A DNA stretch of 64,000 nucleotides from assembly GCA_037308085.1 (NCBI GenBank), contig CP147779.1, forward strand, positions 486,184 to 550,183. The letters are read 5' to 3'. The number at the start of each line of letters is the position of its first letter. Within the stretch, counting starts at the first letter, position 1. The translations under genes and the position numbers were made by a program. The notes beneath the pieces were generated by a model, which saw only the letters and a program-made list of their open reading frames with translations, was not told where the DNA came from and did no database searches. The stretch is from Promethearchaeati archaeon SRVP18_Atabeyarchaeia-1 (GTDB lineage Archaea; Asgardarchaeota; Atabeyarchaeia; Atabeyarchaeales; Atabeyarchaeaceae). Shown here one piece after another: positions 8,738 to 17,527 of the stretch.

Positions 8738-9214
8738 ATGAATGACAAGTTCCACATGGTTGGCACTAGAATTCCAGAGTTCAGCCTCCCGAATTCCAGA
8801 GGAGAGAACGTCAACATAAGGGATTTTGAAGGCAAGAAGAACGTCGTCATAATCCTGCTAAGGGGCATAAGCTGACCATACTGTAGAGGACACCTTGCCG
8901 GACTTGCAAGTGGCTACGAAGGGTTTGAGCAACTGAACGCAACGCTGTATCCTATTACCGCGGACAAATTAGAGAATGCTGAGAAAATGGAGGAAAAATA
9001 CGCCAAGGGAAGATATCCGGTGTTCTATGATCAGAGTAAGAAGGTTGCAGACATGTTGCACCAAGAGGTCATCATTCACAAGTTCGGGAGGATGCCGGCT
9101 CTACTGGTTGTAGACAAGAAGGGAATGGTTCGATACGCGCATTACGGCGAATCAATGAGGGACATTCCCAAGAACGAGGAGATATTCGGGGTGCTCAAGG
9201 AATTCGTGGATTAG
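8738..9214 (+). CDS. Peroxiredoxin-like (AhpC/TSA-redoxin, thioredoxin-fold) protein with in-frame TGA at 8873..8875; candidate selenoprotein, otherwise a nonsense pseudogene
   Basis: GGAGG SD 12 nt upstream of the ATG. Translation: MNDKFHMVGTRIPEFSLPNSRGENVNIRDFEGKKNVVIILLRGIS-TGA-PYCRGHLAGL...PALLVVDKKGMVRYAHYG... The TGA occupies the first Cys of the family (W)CPxC motif. There are no other stops or frameshifts over 158 codons. Confidence 0.6.
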
Positions 9215-9223
9215 AGATTTGGT

Positions 9224-9260
9224 GGGGTAAGACAGAAAAGACAGATGAAGTCTATACCCT
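9224..9260 (+). promoter_or_regulatory. 3' UTR hairpin; weak SECIS candidate for the TGA-containing redoxin gene
   Basis: Lower stem GGGTA (9225-9229) / TACCC (9255-9259). 5' internal loop AGACAGAAA contains GAA; the 3' side is a single A (9254). Upper stem AGAC (9239-9242) / GTCT (9250-9253). 7-nt apical loop. Confidence 0.2.
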
Positions 9261-9291
9261 TAACTTGGCCAAAGTGACCAGATCTCGACCT

Positions 9292-9807
9292 TCACCTTTT
9301 TTGGGGGCGCACTTCTGCCGCCCACGAGTCCTTCCCGTCTTGCTGTTGTAGTATTCTGTCCACGCATCTCCTCACATATACTTCTATTTCCCTGATGGAA
9401 CGTTCAAAAACCTCTACTGGTTTTTCCCAAAGATCTTCCATATCCCTATCGTCGGAAAAGCCGGCGCAATTCTTGATCGTGAGGATCTTCGCCTTGGTCT
9501 TTGGAAACATGCCCTCTAGTTCTGCCACCTGCTTCTTATCAAAAACCAAGATCAGATCAGCCGCCTCAACCAAGCTAACATTCACCTGTCTGGGCTTGTG
9601 ACGAGATAGATCAACGCCGTACTTTCGGGCCACCTCAACTATTTCCTGCGGTAATGGCTGACCTCTATACTCAAGTATTCCAGCCGATTCCACCTTTATG
9701 CTCGAGTTTCCAAGAAGTTTCTTAGTTATCCGTTCGGCGAACGGGCTTCTGAAGACATTTCCTGTACAAACGTATAGTATGCTCTTGATGGGCATTTGAA
9801 ACACCAT
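9292..9807 (-). CDS. Low-molecular-weight phosphotyrosine phosphatase / ArsC-family protein
   Basis: Active-site loop ILYVCTGNVFRSPFAE (CX5R-S). Start at either MVFQ (9807) or MPIK (9795). Confidence 0.75.
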   Translation of the reverse strand: MVFQMPIKSILYVCTGNVFRSPFAERITKKLLGNSSIKVESAGILEYRGQPLPQEIVEVARKYGVDLSRHKPRQVNVSLVEAADLILVFDKKQVAELEGMFPKTKAKILTIKNCAGFSDDRDMEDLWEKPVEVFERSIREIEVYVRRCVDRILQQQDGKDSWAAEVRPQKR

Positions 9808-9916
9808 CTTGGCGATTCTTACTTGTGGAAGGAACGATATAGCGTTTGATGGGTTGACACAGAGCTTTTTATTTAGTACATTGTATCTGGTTAATATCCA
9901 CTGTGGAGGGCTTTGC

Positions 9917-11362
9917 ATGAGTGCGGTGAAGAATTACGATCTTATTGTCGTCGGAACCGGCTCCGCTATGGCGATAGTGGACGCCATGATCAATGAGAAT
10001 ACTCACCTAAAAGTCGCGGTCATAGACAAGGATGATCCCGGCGGTATCTGCTTGACACGAGGCTGTATCCCATCAAAGCTACTTGTTTACCCCGCAGAGA
10101 TAGTGCGAACAATAGAGAGAGCAAATGAGTTTGGAATCGACGTGAACCTGAGGAAAGTGGATTTCGCCAAGGTTATGGAGAGAATGCGGTCCCACCTAGG
10201 TCCCGAGATTAAGATGATCAGAGAGGGGCTCTCCAGCGCTGCAAACATGGACTACTATCCCATTGCAGCTGAGTTCATCGCCCCGTACAAGTTGAAAGCT
10301 GGAAAAGACGTCATAACCTCGAAGATGATTATTCTCTGCACCGGGTCCAGACCCATGATACCCCCAATCAATGGGCTTGACAAGGTAGGCTATCTCACAA
10401 GCGACACACTGCTCGGAATCACTCGCCTGCCCGATAGCGTGATGATAGTAGGTGGTGGATTCATAGCTGCGGAGTATGGACACTTCTTCTCATCTATGGG
10501 CTCGAAAGTCACAATAATCGGTCGCGCACCACAATTCCTCCCGGAGGAAGAACCAGAGATCGGTGCTCTATCAAAAAGGGAGATGCAGAGACACATGACA
10601 ATCATCACAAACCACGAGGTTGTAGACGCCAACAAGACAGCTTCAGGAAAGAAGAAGCTCATAGTAGTAGATCGCTCGACCAAGAATAGGACCGAAGTTA
10701 TCGGCGACGAGATACTGGTGGCAGCCGGAAGAGCATCAAATTCGGATGTGCTTCATCCAGAGAAGGCTGGAATCGCCACAGATAAGAATGGATGGATCAT
10801 CGTCAACGAGCACCTCGAAACCAACCAGCCAAACATATGGGCTCTGGGTGACGCAGACGGCAAGTATCCCTTCAAACACAAAGCGAACTATGAGTCCCTA
10901 GTCTTATACCACAACGCTGTTTTGAAGGACAACATGAAGGCAGATTACCATGCAATTCCACACGCAATTTTCTCGTTCCCCGAGATTGCGAGTGTGGGGC
11001 TGAAGGAGAGAGAAGCAATAGAGAGACTTGGCGAAGATAAGATCCTCATTGGTATCCAGAGATACGAAGACACTGCAAAAGGAGAAGCCATGGGGGTTAA
11101 GGATTTCTTCGTCAAGGCAATCGTGGAAAAAGAAACCATGAAGATCCTGGGGGCGCACATCATCGGCCCAAGTGCATCCATTCTCATACAGGAGATAATA
11201 GACTTGATGTACACGCCACAGCAAAGCGCACTACCAATAACTCAAGGAATGCATATCCACCCAGCGCTCACCGAAGTGGTAGAAAGAGCCTTCGCAAACC
11301 TCATGTCTCCAGATCAGTATCACCACACTATCGAGGATCATTTCAAGCTGCCAACCCAGTGA
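9917..11362 (+). CDS. Class I pyridine nucleotide-disulfide oxidoreductase (dihydrolipoamide dehydrogenase / glutathione reductase family)
   Basis: N-terminal FAD motif DLIVVGTGSA. Redox disulfide GGICLTRGCIPSK. Second Rossmann fold VMIVGGGFIAAE. C-terminal interface HIHPALTEV. ATG at 9917 after a GGAGGG SD. Confidence 0.8.
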   Translation: MSAVKNYDLIVVGTGSAMAIVDAMINENTHLKVAVIDKDDPGGICLTRGCIPSKLLVYPAEIVRTIERANEFGIDVNLRKVDFAKVMERMRSHLGPEIKMIREGLSSAANMDYYPIAAEFIAPYKLKAGKDVITSKMIILCTGSRPMIPPINGLDKVGYLTSDTLLGITRLPDSVMIVGGGFIAAEYGHFFSSMGSKVTIIGRAPQFLPEEEPEIGALSKREMQRHMTIITNHEVVDANKTASGKKKLIVVDRSTKNRTEVIGDEILVAAGRASNSDVLHPEKAGIATDKNGWIIVNEHLETNQPNIWALGDADGKYPFKHKANYESLVLYHNAVLKDNMKADYHAIPHAIFSFPEIASVGLKEREAIERLGEDKILIGIQRYEDTAKGEAMGVKDFFVKAIVEKETMKILGAHIIGPSASILIQEIIDLMYTPQQSALPITQGMHIHPALTEVVERAFANLMSPDQYHHTIEDHFKLPTQ

Positions 11363-11654
11363 AACCCATCTCAACCATTGGAGCTACCTGCCGACTCAAC
11401 TGCTTTAGAAACACAAGATCACGTTCATCAACGCGTTCCGCGCAGAGACTAAAGAAGCAACCATCTGGCAGAAGTCCCCCTTCAGGTTCAGCTTCGAGGC
11501 GACCCTTTTTGCGAGCCTTTCAGAAAATAACCTCCGTGCGTTGACATCCAACTGAGTCGCCTGACCAATTCCATGCTTCTCCGTTGAAACCACCTTAAAT
11601 CCTCTTGACGTGAGGTTTCTGTCTTGGCGACTGCGGTCGGAGGTGGCAAGAAAG

Positions 11655-12176
11655 CTAGGCGATCTTTGAGGCGTCGACATCGATTCGGCATGGAGTTGGC
11701 AGTTTCATTGCAGCTCTGCGCAAGGCTTCCTTGGCGACTGGAGCCGCGTCGGATCTAACGCGGACTGTGACCAGTGGTTGTCCAACTCTCACTCTTGCTG
11801 CGCTTCCAATTGCCTTGCCGAAGGCTCGCTTCATTCCATCCTGTAACCTGTCAGCACCCGCAAAGGCCATCATCTTGTTCTCTCTGAGAATATGGTGAGG
11901 GTAAACCCTGATGAAGAGCTGGAAGTCTTCCTTCCCGATCTTCTTCGCCAAGTACTTGTTGGCTGCCTGTCTGGCTGCCTCAAGAGCCATATGCCTTATC
12001 TGCGCAGCCTCCTTAGCGAATATGGACAGCCGTACAGGATAATCACCTTCCTGCGCCGCTTTGTTCCCCATGGTGAAAATCGTTATCTTAGGCGGTGGTC
12101 CACCATGAATGTATTCTTTCCTGGTGTACGCCTGCTGCGAGATTTCTCTGTAACAATGTCCGGGGCGTTGAGGCAC
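11655..12176 (-). CDS. rpl10e: 50S ribosomal protein L10e (uL16)
   Basis: MPQRPGHCYREISQQAYTRKEYIHGGPPPKI... is the diagnostic L10e N-terminus. Confidence 0.9.
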   Translation of the reverse strand: MPQRPGHCYREISQQAYTRKEYIHGGPPPKITIFTMGNKAAQEGDYPVRLSIFAKEAAQIRHMALEAARQAANKYLAKKIGKEDFQLFIRVYPHHILRENKMMAFAGADRLQDGMKRAFGKAIGSAARVRVGQPLVTVRVRSDAAPVAKEALRRAAMKLPTPCRIDVDASKIA

Positions 12177-12280
12177 TCTATGTCACCTATCCAAACCCAA
12201 TTGATTCGATCTACAGATTAGAACACGTACTCCTCCAAAGCGCCTAGGAAGTATTGGGGTAGCTAGCTTCTGTGCCATAT

Positions 12281-12892
12281 TTAAGAGTTTTGTCCTTCCA
12301 GTGGTTCTCGCCTGCACCGAAGTTCCTCGTCTCTATAAATCTTGCTTGGTTCGGGACCAACTTGGTGCTGGTATTTCGATCCTCTATCTGGGTGTCCGTA
12401 TGGCCTTTCCGAAGGCGAGGACAACATCTCAAAAACTATTTGGCACACTCTCTGGCCCGGGTACAAGGCAACTGGCAACTTTCCCACATTCGACATCTCA
12501 AGCGTCAAATGCCCGTCGAAGCAGCTGTCGACGAACCCCGCTGTCGCATGGATCACGACAGCAATTCTACCCAAGCTTGAACGACCTTCAAGCCTTCCTA
12601 CAAGGTTGTTCGGAAGCTTCACCCGTTCCACCGTCGTCGCCAAAACAAACTCATAAGGATGAAGAATGAAGGGTTTCCCGTCCTCGACCTTTATTACCTC
12701 AGTATACTTTTCAAGATCCTTGTCGTTCAACGGATCTATGTAGGCCTTCTCCGAGGGCTTGAACACTCTAAACAGATTGCCGAGCCGTAGATCCACAGAG
12801 GAAGGTTGTATCTGCGTAGCCGGATCAAGAGGCTCTATGAGCAGCTCATTGGTTTTGAGGAGCTTCTTGATATCCCTATCAGAAAGGATCAA
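12281..12892 (-). CDS. dcd: dCTP deaminase
   Basis: MILSDRDIKKLL....LIEPLD...IQPSSVDLRLG...G.L.GRSSLGRIAVVIHATAGFVD. Confidence 0.85.
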   Translation of the reverse strand: MILSDRDIKKLLKTNELLIEPLDPATQIQPSSVDLRLGNLFRVFKPSEKAYIDPLNDKDLEKYTEVIKVEDGKPFILHPYEFVLATTVERVKLPNNLVGRLEGRSSLGRIAVVIHATAGFVDSCFDGHLTLEMSNVGKLPVALYPGQRVCQIVFEMLSSPSERPYGHPDRGSKYQHQVGPEPSKIYRDEELRCRREPLEGQNS

Positions 12893-13025
12893 CCCTCAAG
12901 GCGCCCTCCAACTTTGCTTGTCATTGATCGTTCTGCCTCTCATCCTTAGATCATCGGTCTCGACCTGCTTTTAAGATGTTTGTATGATAACTTACAGAAG
13001 CGATTTCCTCTTCATCCGCATGGCG

Positions 13026-14207
13026 CTATGTGAGATAGAGTTGCACAACATCCTTGTCCCGTAGAACGTGACCCGCCCCCACAAATTCCATGTCAAACTT
13101 GGCCGAGGGACCCATGACCTTTGCGTACTTGAATTGTTCTTGGAACACCTTGGGAAGTCTTCTCGCCAGATCAGCGACTGTCGCTTCCTTTTTCAGCACG
13201 ATGGGCTTCTCCGATGGTTTTTTCCTCGGCTCCTTAGTGTAGACCCTTATGACATCTAGAACCTTGAATACCTCACTCTTCAGCTCTTCTTTTCCTCGGT
13301 CCTTCTCAGCCGAGACAGCAACCAGAGGAAATCTGTGGTGGTACTTCTCCTCTAATGCTCTGTAATTCTCGGAGGATCCCGCAGAATCACCCTTTGTGCC
13401 TATCACAATTGTCTTCCTATAGGTCATTCTTGCGTCAATTGCCTCAAGGATTTCATTCTTTGTAGTCGGCTGATATAGCTGCACCTTGACGTTGTGCGAA
13501 TACTTGGACAATATTTCCTTCAGCTCATCAACATCATCCTTATAAAGTGGGACCCCAAAGATCTGGACGCCGCCACTACCAGTTTTCTCCAAACCAATTC
13601 TTGGAGGCTGCTCATTCAGACGTAACGATGCATTACCAAGTTCTTTCAGTACAGAATCCATCTGCAGAACCGCGTCTCGGGAGAGATCTATGACCACGGC
13701 TACGGCATCAGAGTTTCTGATAGCTCCGATTATCTGTGGACCTAAGCCCTTGCCAGATGCCATATCATCGTATATCGCCGGCAACTCGACTAACTGAATA
13801 AGTATATCCTCATAGTCCATCATCCCCGGCACAGGAATTCTAGTGTTGAAAGAGTGGGGAGACACCTCCGGCTTGGCATGCGTAAGCCAGCGCAAAACCG
13901 ATGAGCGACCAGTGGTTGTCAAGCCTACAAGCACAATCTGTCCCGCACCCTCTTTCTTTATGTGAAATGGGCTTGCCGCCGCCGACCCCTTCCTCATCGA
14001 GCGGCGCTTCTCAGCCTCACCCTCAAGCTTTGAGAGCTTTGACCTCAGCTGTCTTAGCAGCCTCTCCGTTCCCTTGTGCCTGGGGACCAAGGAGATGTAC
14101 TCCTTGAGAGAAGATATCTTCTCGCCAGGCGTCTGCGCTTCCATATATCTTCTTCTGGCAGCTAAGCACTGAGGCGACAGATTCGTTGGAATAGGCTTAT
14201 ACCCCAC
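13026..14207 (-). CDS. DRG/Obg-like protein with C-terminal TGS domain and degenerate GTPase motifs
   Basis: DRG-like layout: N-terminal helical region, a G domain, then a TGS domain (VYTKEP...VADLARRL....F.YAKV.G........VG..HVL.D.DVVQL). G1 reads GLTTTGRSS (Lys to Arg), G3 reads ELPA (not DxxG), and G4 TKGD is retained. Confidence 0.65.
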   Translation of the reverse strand: MGYKPIPTNLSPQCLAARRRYMEAQTPGEKISSLKEYISLVPRHKGTERLLRQLRSKLSKLEGEAEKRRSMRKGSAAASPFHIKKEGAGQIVLVGLTTTGRSSVLRWLTHAKPEVSPHSFNTRIPVPGMMDYEDILIQLVELPAIYDDMASGKGLGPQIIGAIRNSDAVAVVIDLSRDAVLQMDSVLKELGNASLRLNEQPPRIGLEKTGSGGVQIFGVPLYKDDVDELKEILSKYSHNVKVQLYQPTTKNEILEAIDARMTYRKTIVIGTKGDSAGSSENYRALEEKYHHRFPLVAVSAEKDRGKEELKSEVFKVLDVIRVYTKEPRKKPSEKPIVLKKEATVADLARRLPKVFQEQFKYAKVMGPSAKFDMEFVGAGHVLRDKDVVQLYLT

Positions 14208-14442
14208 GGCCCTTAGTACTTGCAGCCTCCCTCCGAATACTGAGAAAGACTTTCACTGGGCGCCCGAGAGCCCGAATTGAGCCCTGTTCTCTCTGCGGCT
14301 TCGGCGAGTCTGCAATCCCAAGACTAAGAGAGCGAGATACACATTAAAAAACCATACTGCCCACCCAGATTAAGACTGCGAAGAAATGGGTGGAGGCATG
14401 TCGCAGACAAGGCCAGTTCTTCTCGACTCGAGTGCCAGCCTT

Positions 14443-14832
14443 TCACCCGCTCAAATGGGCAAAAACGACTGCAATCCACGTGGAGTTCTCCCACGCAATA
14501 TGTACTCTATAAAAGCCTGCAGCGTAATTGAAACACACATCCACGTTTACAGGATACTCTCTATAGATCGTGCTTGTTATAGAACTTGAGCTGAAGTAAT
14601 ATGAGACTACATTCATCGAAGATTTTACGGTCACGGTGCTCGGAACGTAGATGTCTTTCTGAAATGCGTTCTGCCCGCTGTCATTCACCACCTTGTTTAC
14701 ACCATTGTCAATTGAATCTATCAAATCCTTAAACTGGGAATAGGCGTACTGGTCATGGACTTGAGTTATCCCTCCTTCGATCAGTGGCATACAAATCATC
14801 GAGGCAAGTAAAAGACCCACAAAAGTCAACAT
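14443..14832 (-). CDS. Hypothetical membrane-anchored or secreted protein
   Basis: N-terminal hydrophobic helix MLTFVGLLLASMICMPLIEGG followed by a Ser/Asn/Val-rich extracellular-looking body. No recognisable family. Confidence 0.35.
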   Translation of the reverse strand: MLTFVGLLLASMICMPLIEGGITQVHDQYAYSQFKDLIDSIDNGVNKVVNDSGQNAFQKDIYVPSTVTVKSSMNVVSYYFSSSSITSTIYREYPVNVDVCFNYAAGFYRVHIAWENSTWIAVVFAHLSG

Positions 14833-15087
14833 TACCTTCTCCAGACTGAGTTCCAAAGTGCCTTAACTCCTAGGTCGCTAGATTCTGAAGTCTCTACACT
14901 CGAATCCCAAACGAGGATATTTAAACGGCCGCGAAAGATTTCGCGTAGCTCAGGCGAGAACCCGTAGAAGATGACAGGAACTCCAAGTCGCGCCACCGTC
15001 GACGCGCGGAGCGGAGCCTGCAATTCTGCAAAAGGCTTAAAAGTGTGTAGATTCATTTTTCATCTCCACAGCGGAGGAAGAAATCGT

Positions 15088-15282
15088 TTGCCAGAGAAAG
15101 ACCTGATACCGAATCCGCGTTCTCGATTCCTTAGAGTGAAGTGCCTGGACTGTGGAAATGAGCAGATAGTATTCGGCTCATGTTCAACTCCCGCCAAGTG
15201 CGAGGTATGCAACAGACCGATAGTACAGCTGACGGGCGGAAAATCGAAGATTCTGGCGAAAATAATAGAGGTCCTGACCTAA
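15088..15282 (+). CDS. rps27e: 30S ribosomal protein S27e
   Basis: [46 protein letters not shown] start at 15088 preceded by a GGAGG SD (15073-15077). Confidence 0.85.
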   Translation: MPEKDLIPNPRSRFLRVKCLDCGNEQIVFGSCSTPAKCEVCNRPIVQLTGGKSKILAKIIEVLT

Positions 15283-15336
15283 GTGCTGGGATCCTCACAA
15301 GCGCGGAGCGTTCAGACCGATGGAGAGTCTTAGACT

Positions 15337-15615
15337 ATGAAGGCCCCAAGCGTTATGCGAGTCAACTGCCCACGGTGTAAGACACACACAGAGCATTCAG
15401 TGACCCTCTACAAAAAGGGGCGCGAAAGGGTCCTGTCCCAAGGGAGAAGAAGATACAACAGGAAACTGAGGGGATACGGTTCACAGCCTAAGCCTGAGCA
15501 GAAGAAATTCGCCAAAACAACCAAGAAAATGACAATGGTACTTAAATGCAAGAAATGCGGGTATACCCTCATGCGCAAGGGTATCAGGCTCAAGAAACTG
15601 GAAATAGGAACTTAG
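15337..15615 (+). CDS. rpl44e: 50S ribosomal protein L44e (eL42)
   Basis: VNCPRCKTHTEHSVTLYKKGRE...GRRRY.RK..GYG.Q.KP......KTTKK....L.C..C. Confidence 0.9.
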   Translation: MKAPSVMRVNCPRCKTHTEHSVTLYKKGRERVLSQGRRRYNRKLRGYGSQPKPEQKKFAKTTKKMTMVLKCKKCGYTLMRKGIRLKKLEIGT

Positions 15616-15672
15616 GGCGGCCTCAGAGGTCTGACAGGCGGTCGACCAGTCGACTTGGCTTCGGTTGGTTAC

Positions 15673-16263
15673 TCATCTTTCCGTTGTCTTCTGCGAGGAC
15701 TTCTCGAGAGTCCACCTTATCGTCGTCGAAATCTGTTTCTGCCTATTGTCTTCTCTGTAATTCGAAATGGTGATTTGCCTGAGTGTCCCATCACTGTTTT
15801 TGGCAATCTGATACGACATTTTCTCTTTGGCGCTTATTTTCCCACTCTTGATTAGTTCGTCGTCTTTCTCAATCATGTTGTTCAATATCTTCTTTATGAA
15901 GAAGGAGCTAAACGTTCCAGAATCCGCTGGGATCTTAACGTTCTCTGCGGGGACTATCGTGATTAAGGAACCACTGGTGGTCATCTCACCGAGTTTCATC
16001 CCGTCAGCACGTGACGTCAGTTCGATTCTTCCTCCTTCGGTCACTTCCTTCGCCGCCTTGATTTCTGGTCCTTGCTCTTCAGCCTTAGCCTTACTCTCCT
16101 TCAGCAAGTCAGCGGCTACCTTGAAGCTTGTTCGTGTCAACACGCTGTCGATTGCTTGTATGTAACCCCTGTAAAGAGCCACCTTCTCCTCGAGATCCTT
16201 CAGTCGCCTTTCCAAGTAGCTCTTCAAGCCTGCCAAGTGTTCAACATCAATTTCCTTGTTCAA
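15673..16263 (-). CDS. Hypothetical coiled-coil protein
   Basis: 196-aa ORF with an N-terminal heptad-like region (LKSYLERRLKDLEEKVALYRGYIQAID). No family recognised. Confidence 0.35.
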   Translation of the reverse strand: MNKEIDVEHLAGLKSYLERRLKDLEEKVALYRGYIQAIDSVLTRTSFKVAADLLKESKAKAEEQGPEIKAAKEVTEGGRIELTSRADGMKLGEMTTSGSLITIVPAENVKIPADSGTFSSFFIKKILNNMIEKDDELIKSGKISAKEKMSYQIAKNSDGTLRQITISNYREDNRQKQISTTIRWTLEKSSQKTTER

Positions 16264-16414
16264 GGGCTCAAGCCTCCAACGAGTAAGCAGTATCAGGATT
16301 TAACTTATAAGTATCCCGAAGCATTTAAGCAGAGTCCGATCTATCTACGATATTGCCCGAATGGTTTTGCGATTCGGTTTTTGAATTCACAGCGTGTATT
16401 TCAGATGATGAAAG

Positions 16415-17206
16415 ATGGTAAGAAAAAGAGAGGAATGGCCGGAGATTGGTGAATGCGTGATTGCCACGGTCCGGGAAATAGCACCCCATGGTGTATATGC
16501 GCTACTCGACGAATACGGTGACAAAGAAGGCTACATACACATAGGCGAGCTCTCGACTACATGGGTCAAGAACATTAGAGACTTCGCAAGAGAGAATCAG
16601 AAGATAGTCGCGAGGGTTCAGAGAGTTGATCAATCAAAGGGACACATTGACCTCTCACTGAAAAGGGCAACCGAGCAGGCACGACGCCAGAAGATCTACG
16701 AATGGAAGAGGGGGCAGAAGGCTCAGAACCTGCTGCAGATGGCGGCCGAGAAGCTTGGGAAAACGATGGACCAGGCTTACGAGGAGGCAGGCTGGAAGAT
16801 GGAGGATGCGTTCAATGAGATCTACCTAGGATTCGAGCAGGCGGTTGAGAGAGGCGAAGATGTACTGACAAAGGCGGGGGTGCCAGAGGATTGGGCCAAG
16901 GCCATAAAGCAGTGCGCAGATGCTTACATACAATTGCACAAAGTCAAGGTGGAACGCCTCTTAGAATTGAGGTGCTACAAATCGGATGGAATAGAGGCTA
17001 TAAGGCAGTCCTTGTTGAAGGCAATTAAGGAAACCAGCTCGAGTGATTTCGAAGTCAATGTTGCTCTCATAGGAACTCCGCGGTACAGAATAACAGTGAC
17101 AGCTAAGGACTACAAGATTGCTGAGAAGGAGATTGACAAGACCGTCGCAGTGGCACTTGACGAGCTAAGAGCCAACGGTGGAGAAGGAGCAGTCGTGAAA
17201 AGCTAG
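16415..17206 (+). CDS. eif2a: Translation initiation factor aIF2 alpha
   Basis: N-terminal S1 domain: WPEIGECVIATVREIAPHGVYALLDEYGDKEGYIHIGELSTTWVKNIRDF...VARVQRVD..KGHIDLSLKR. Confidence 0.9.
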   Translation: MVRKREEWPEIGECVIATVREIAPHGVYALLDEYGDKEGYIHIGELSTTWVKNIRDFARENQKIVARVQRVDQSKGHIDLSLKRATEQARRQKIYEWKRGQKAQNLLQMAAEKLGKTMDQAYEEAGWKMEDAFNEIYLGFEQAVERGEDVLTKAGVPEDWAKAIKQCADAYIQLHKVKVERLLELRCYKSDGIEAIRQSLLKAIKETSSSDFEVNVALIGTPRYRITVTAKDYKIAEKEIDKTVAVALDELRANGGEGAVVKS

Positions 17207-17214
17207 GCCCCCGT

Positions 17215-17445
17215 GTGGAGATGCGGCTTCGCATGCCAAAACTACTAAGAAAGTGTGCCCAATGTGGGAGATACACTCTTAAGAAAGATGCCTGCCCCTA
17301 TTGCGGCGGCAAGCTGACAATGCCCTATCCACCCAAATTCTCGCCTGTGGACAAGTACGGAGAATACCGCAGAAAATACAAAATGGAAGAAGCAACAGAG
17401 TCATCTAAGAAAGAACACGCTGAATCGCTAGAGCAACAAACTTGA
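17215..17445 (+). CDS. nop10: H/ACA RNP protein Nop10
   Basis: LRKCAQCGRYTLKKDACPYCGGKLTMPYPPKFSPVDKYGEYRRK. Sits in the conserved position after aIF2 alpha. The true start may be the internal MPKLL. Confidence 0.8.
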   Translation: MEMRLRMPKLLRKCAQCGRYTLKKDACPYCGGKLTMPYPPKFSPVDKYGEYRRKYKMEEATESSKKEHAESLEQQT

Positions 17446-17527
17446 GTATTGACAGTGATGTAGATCATTCTGGTCGCACAAAATAAATAAAGGATCAAGC
17501 AAAGCTAGAGGCCGAACCCGATCAGCC

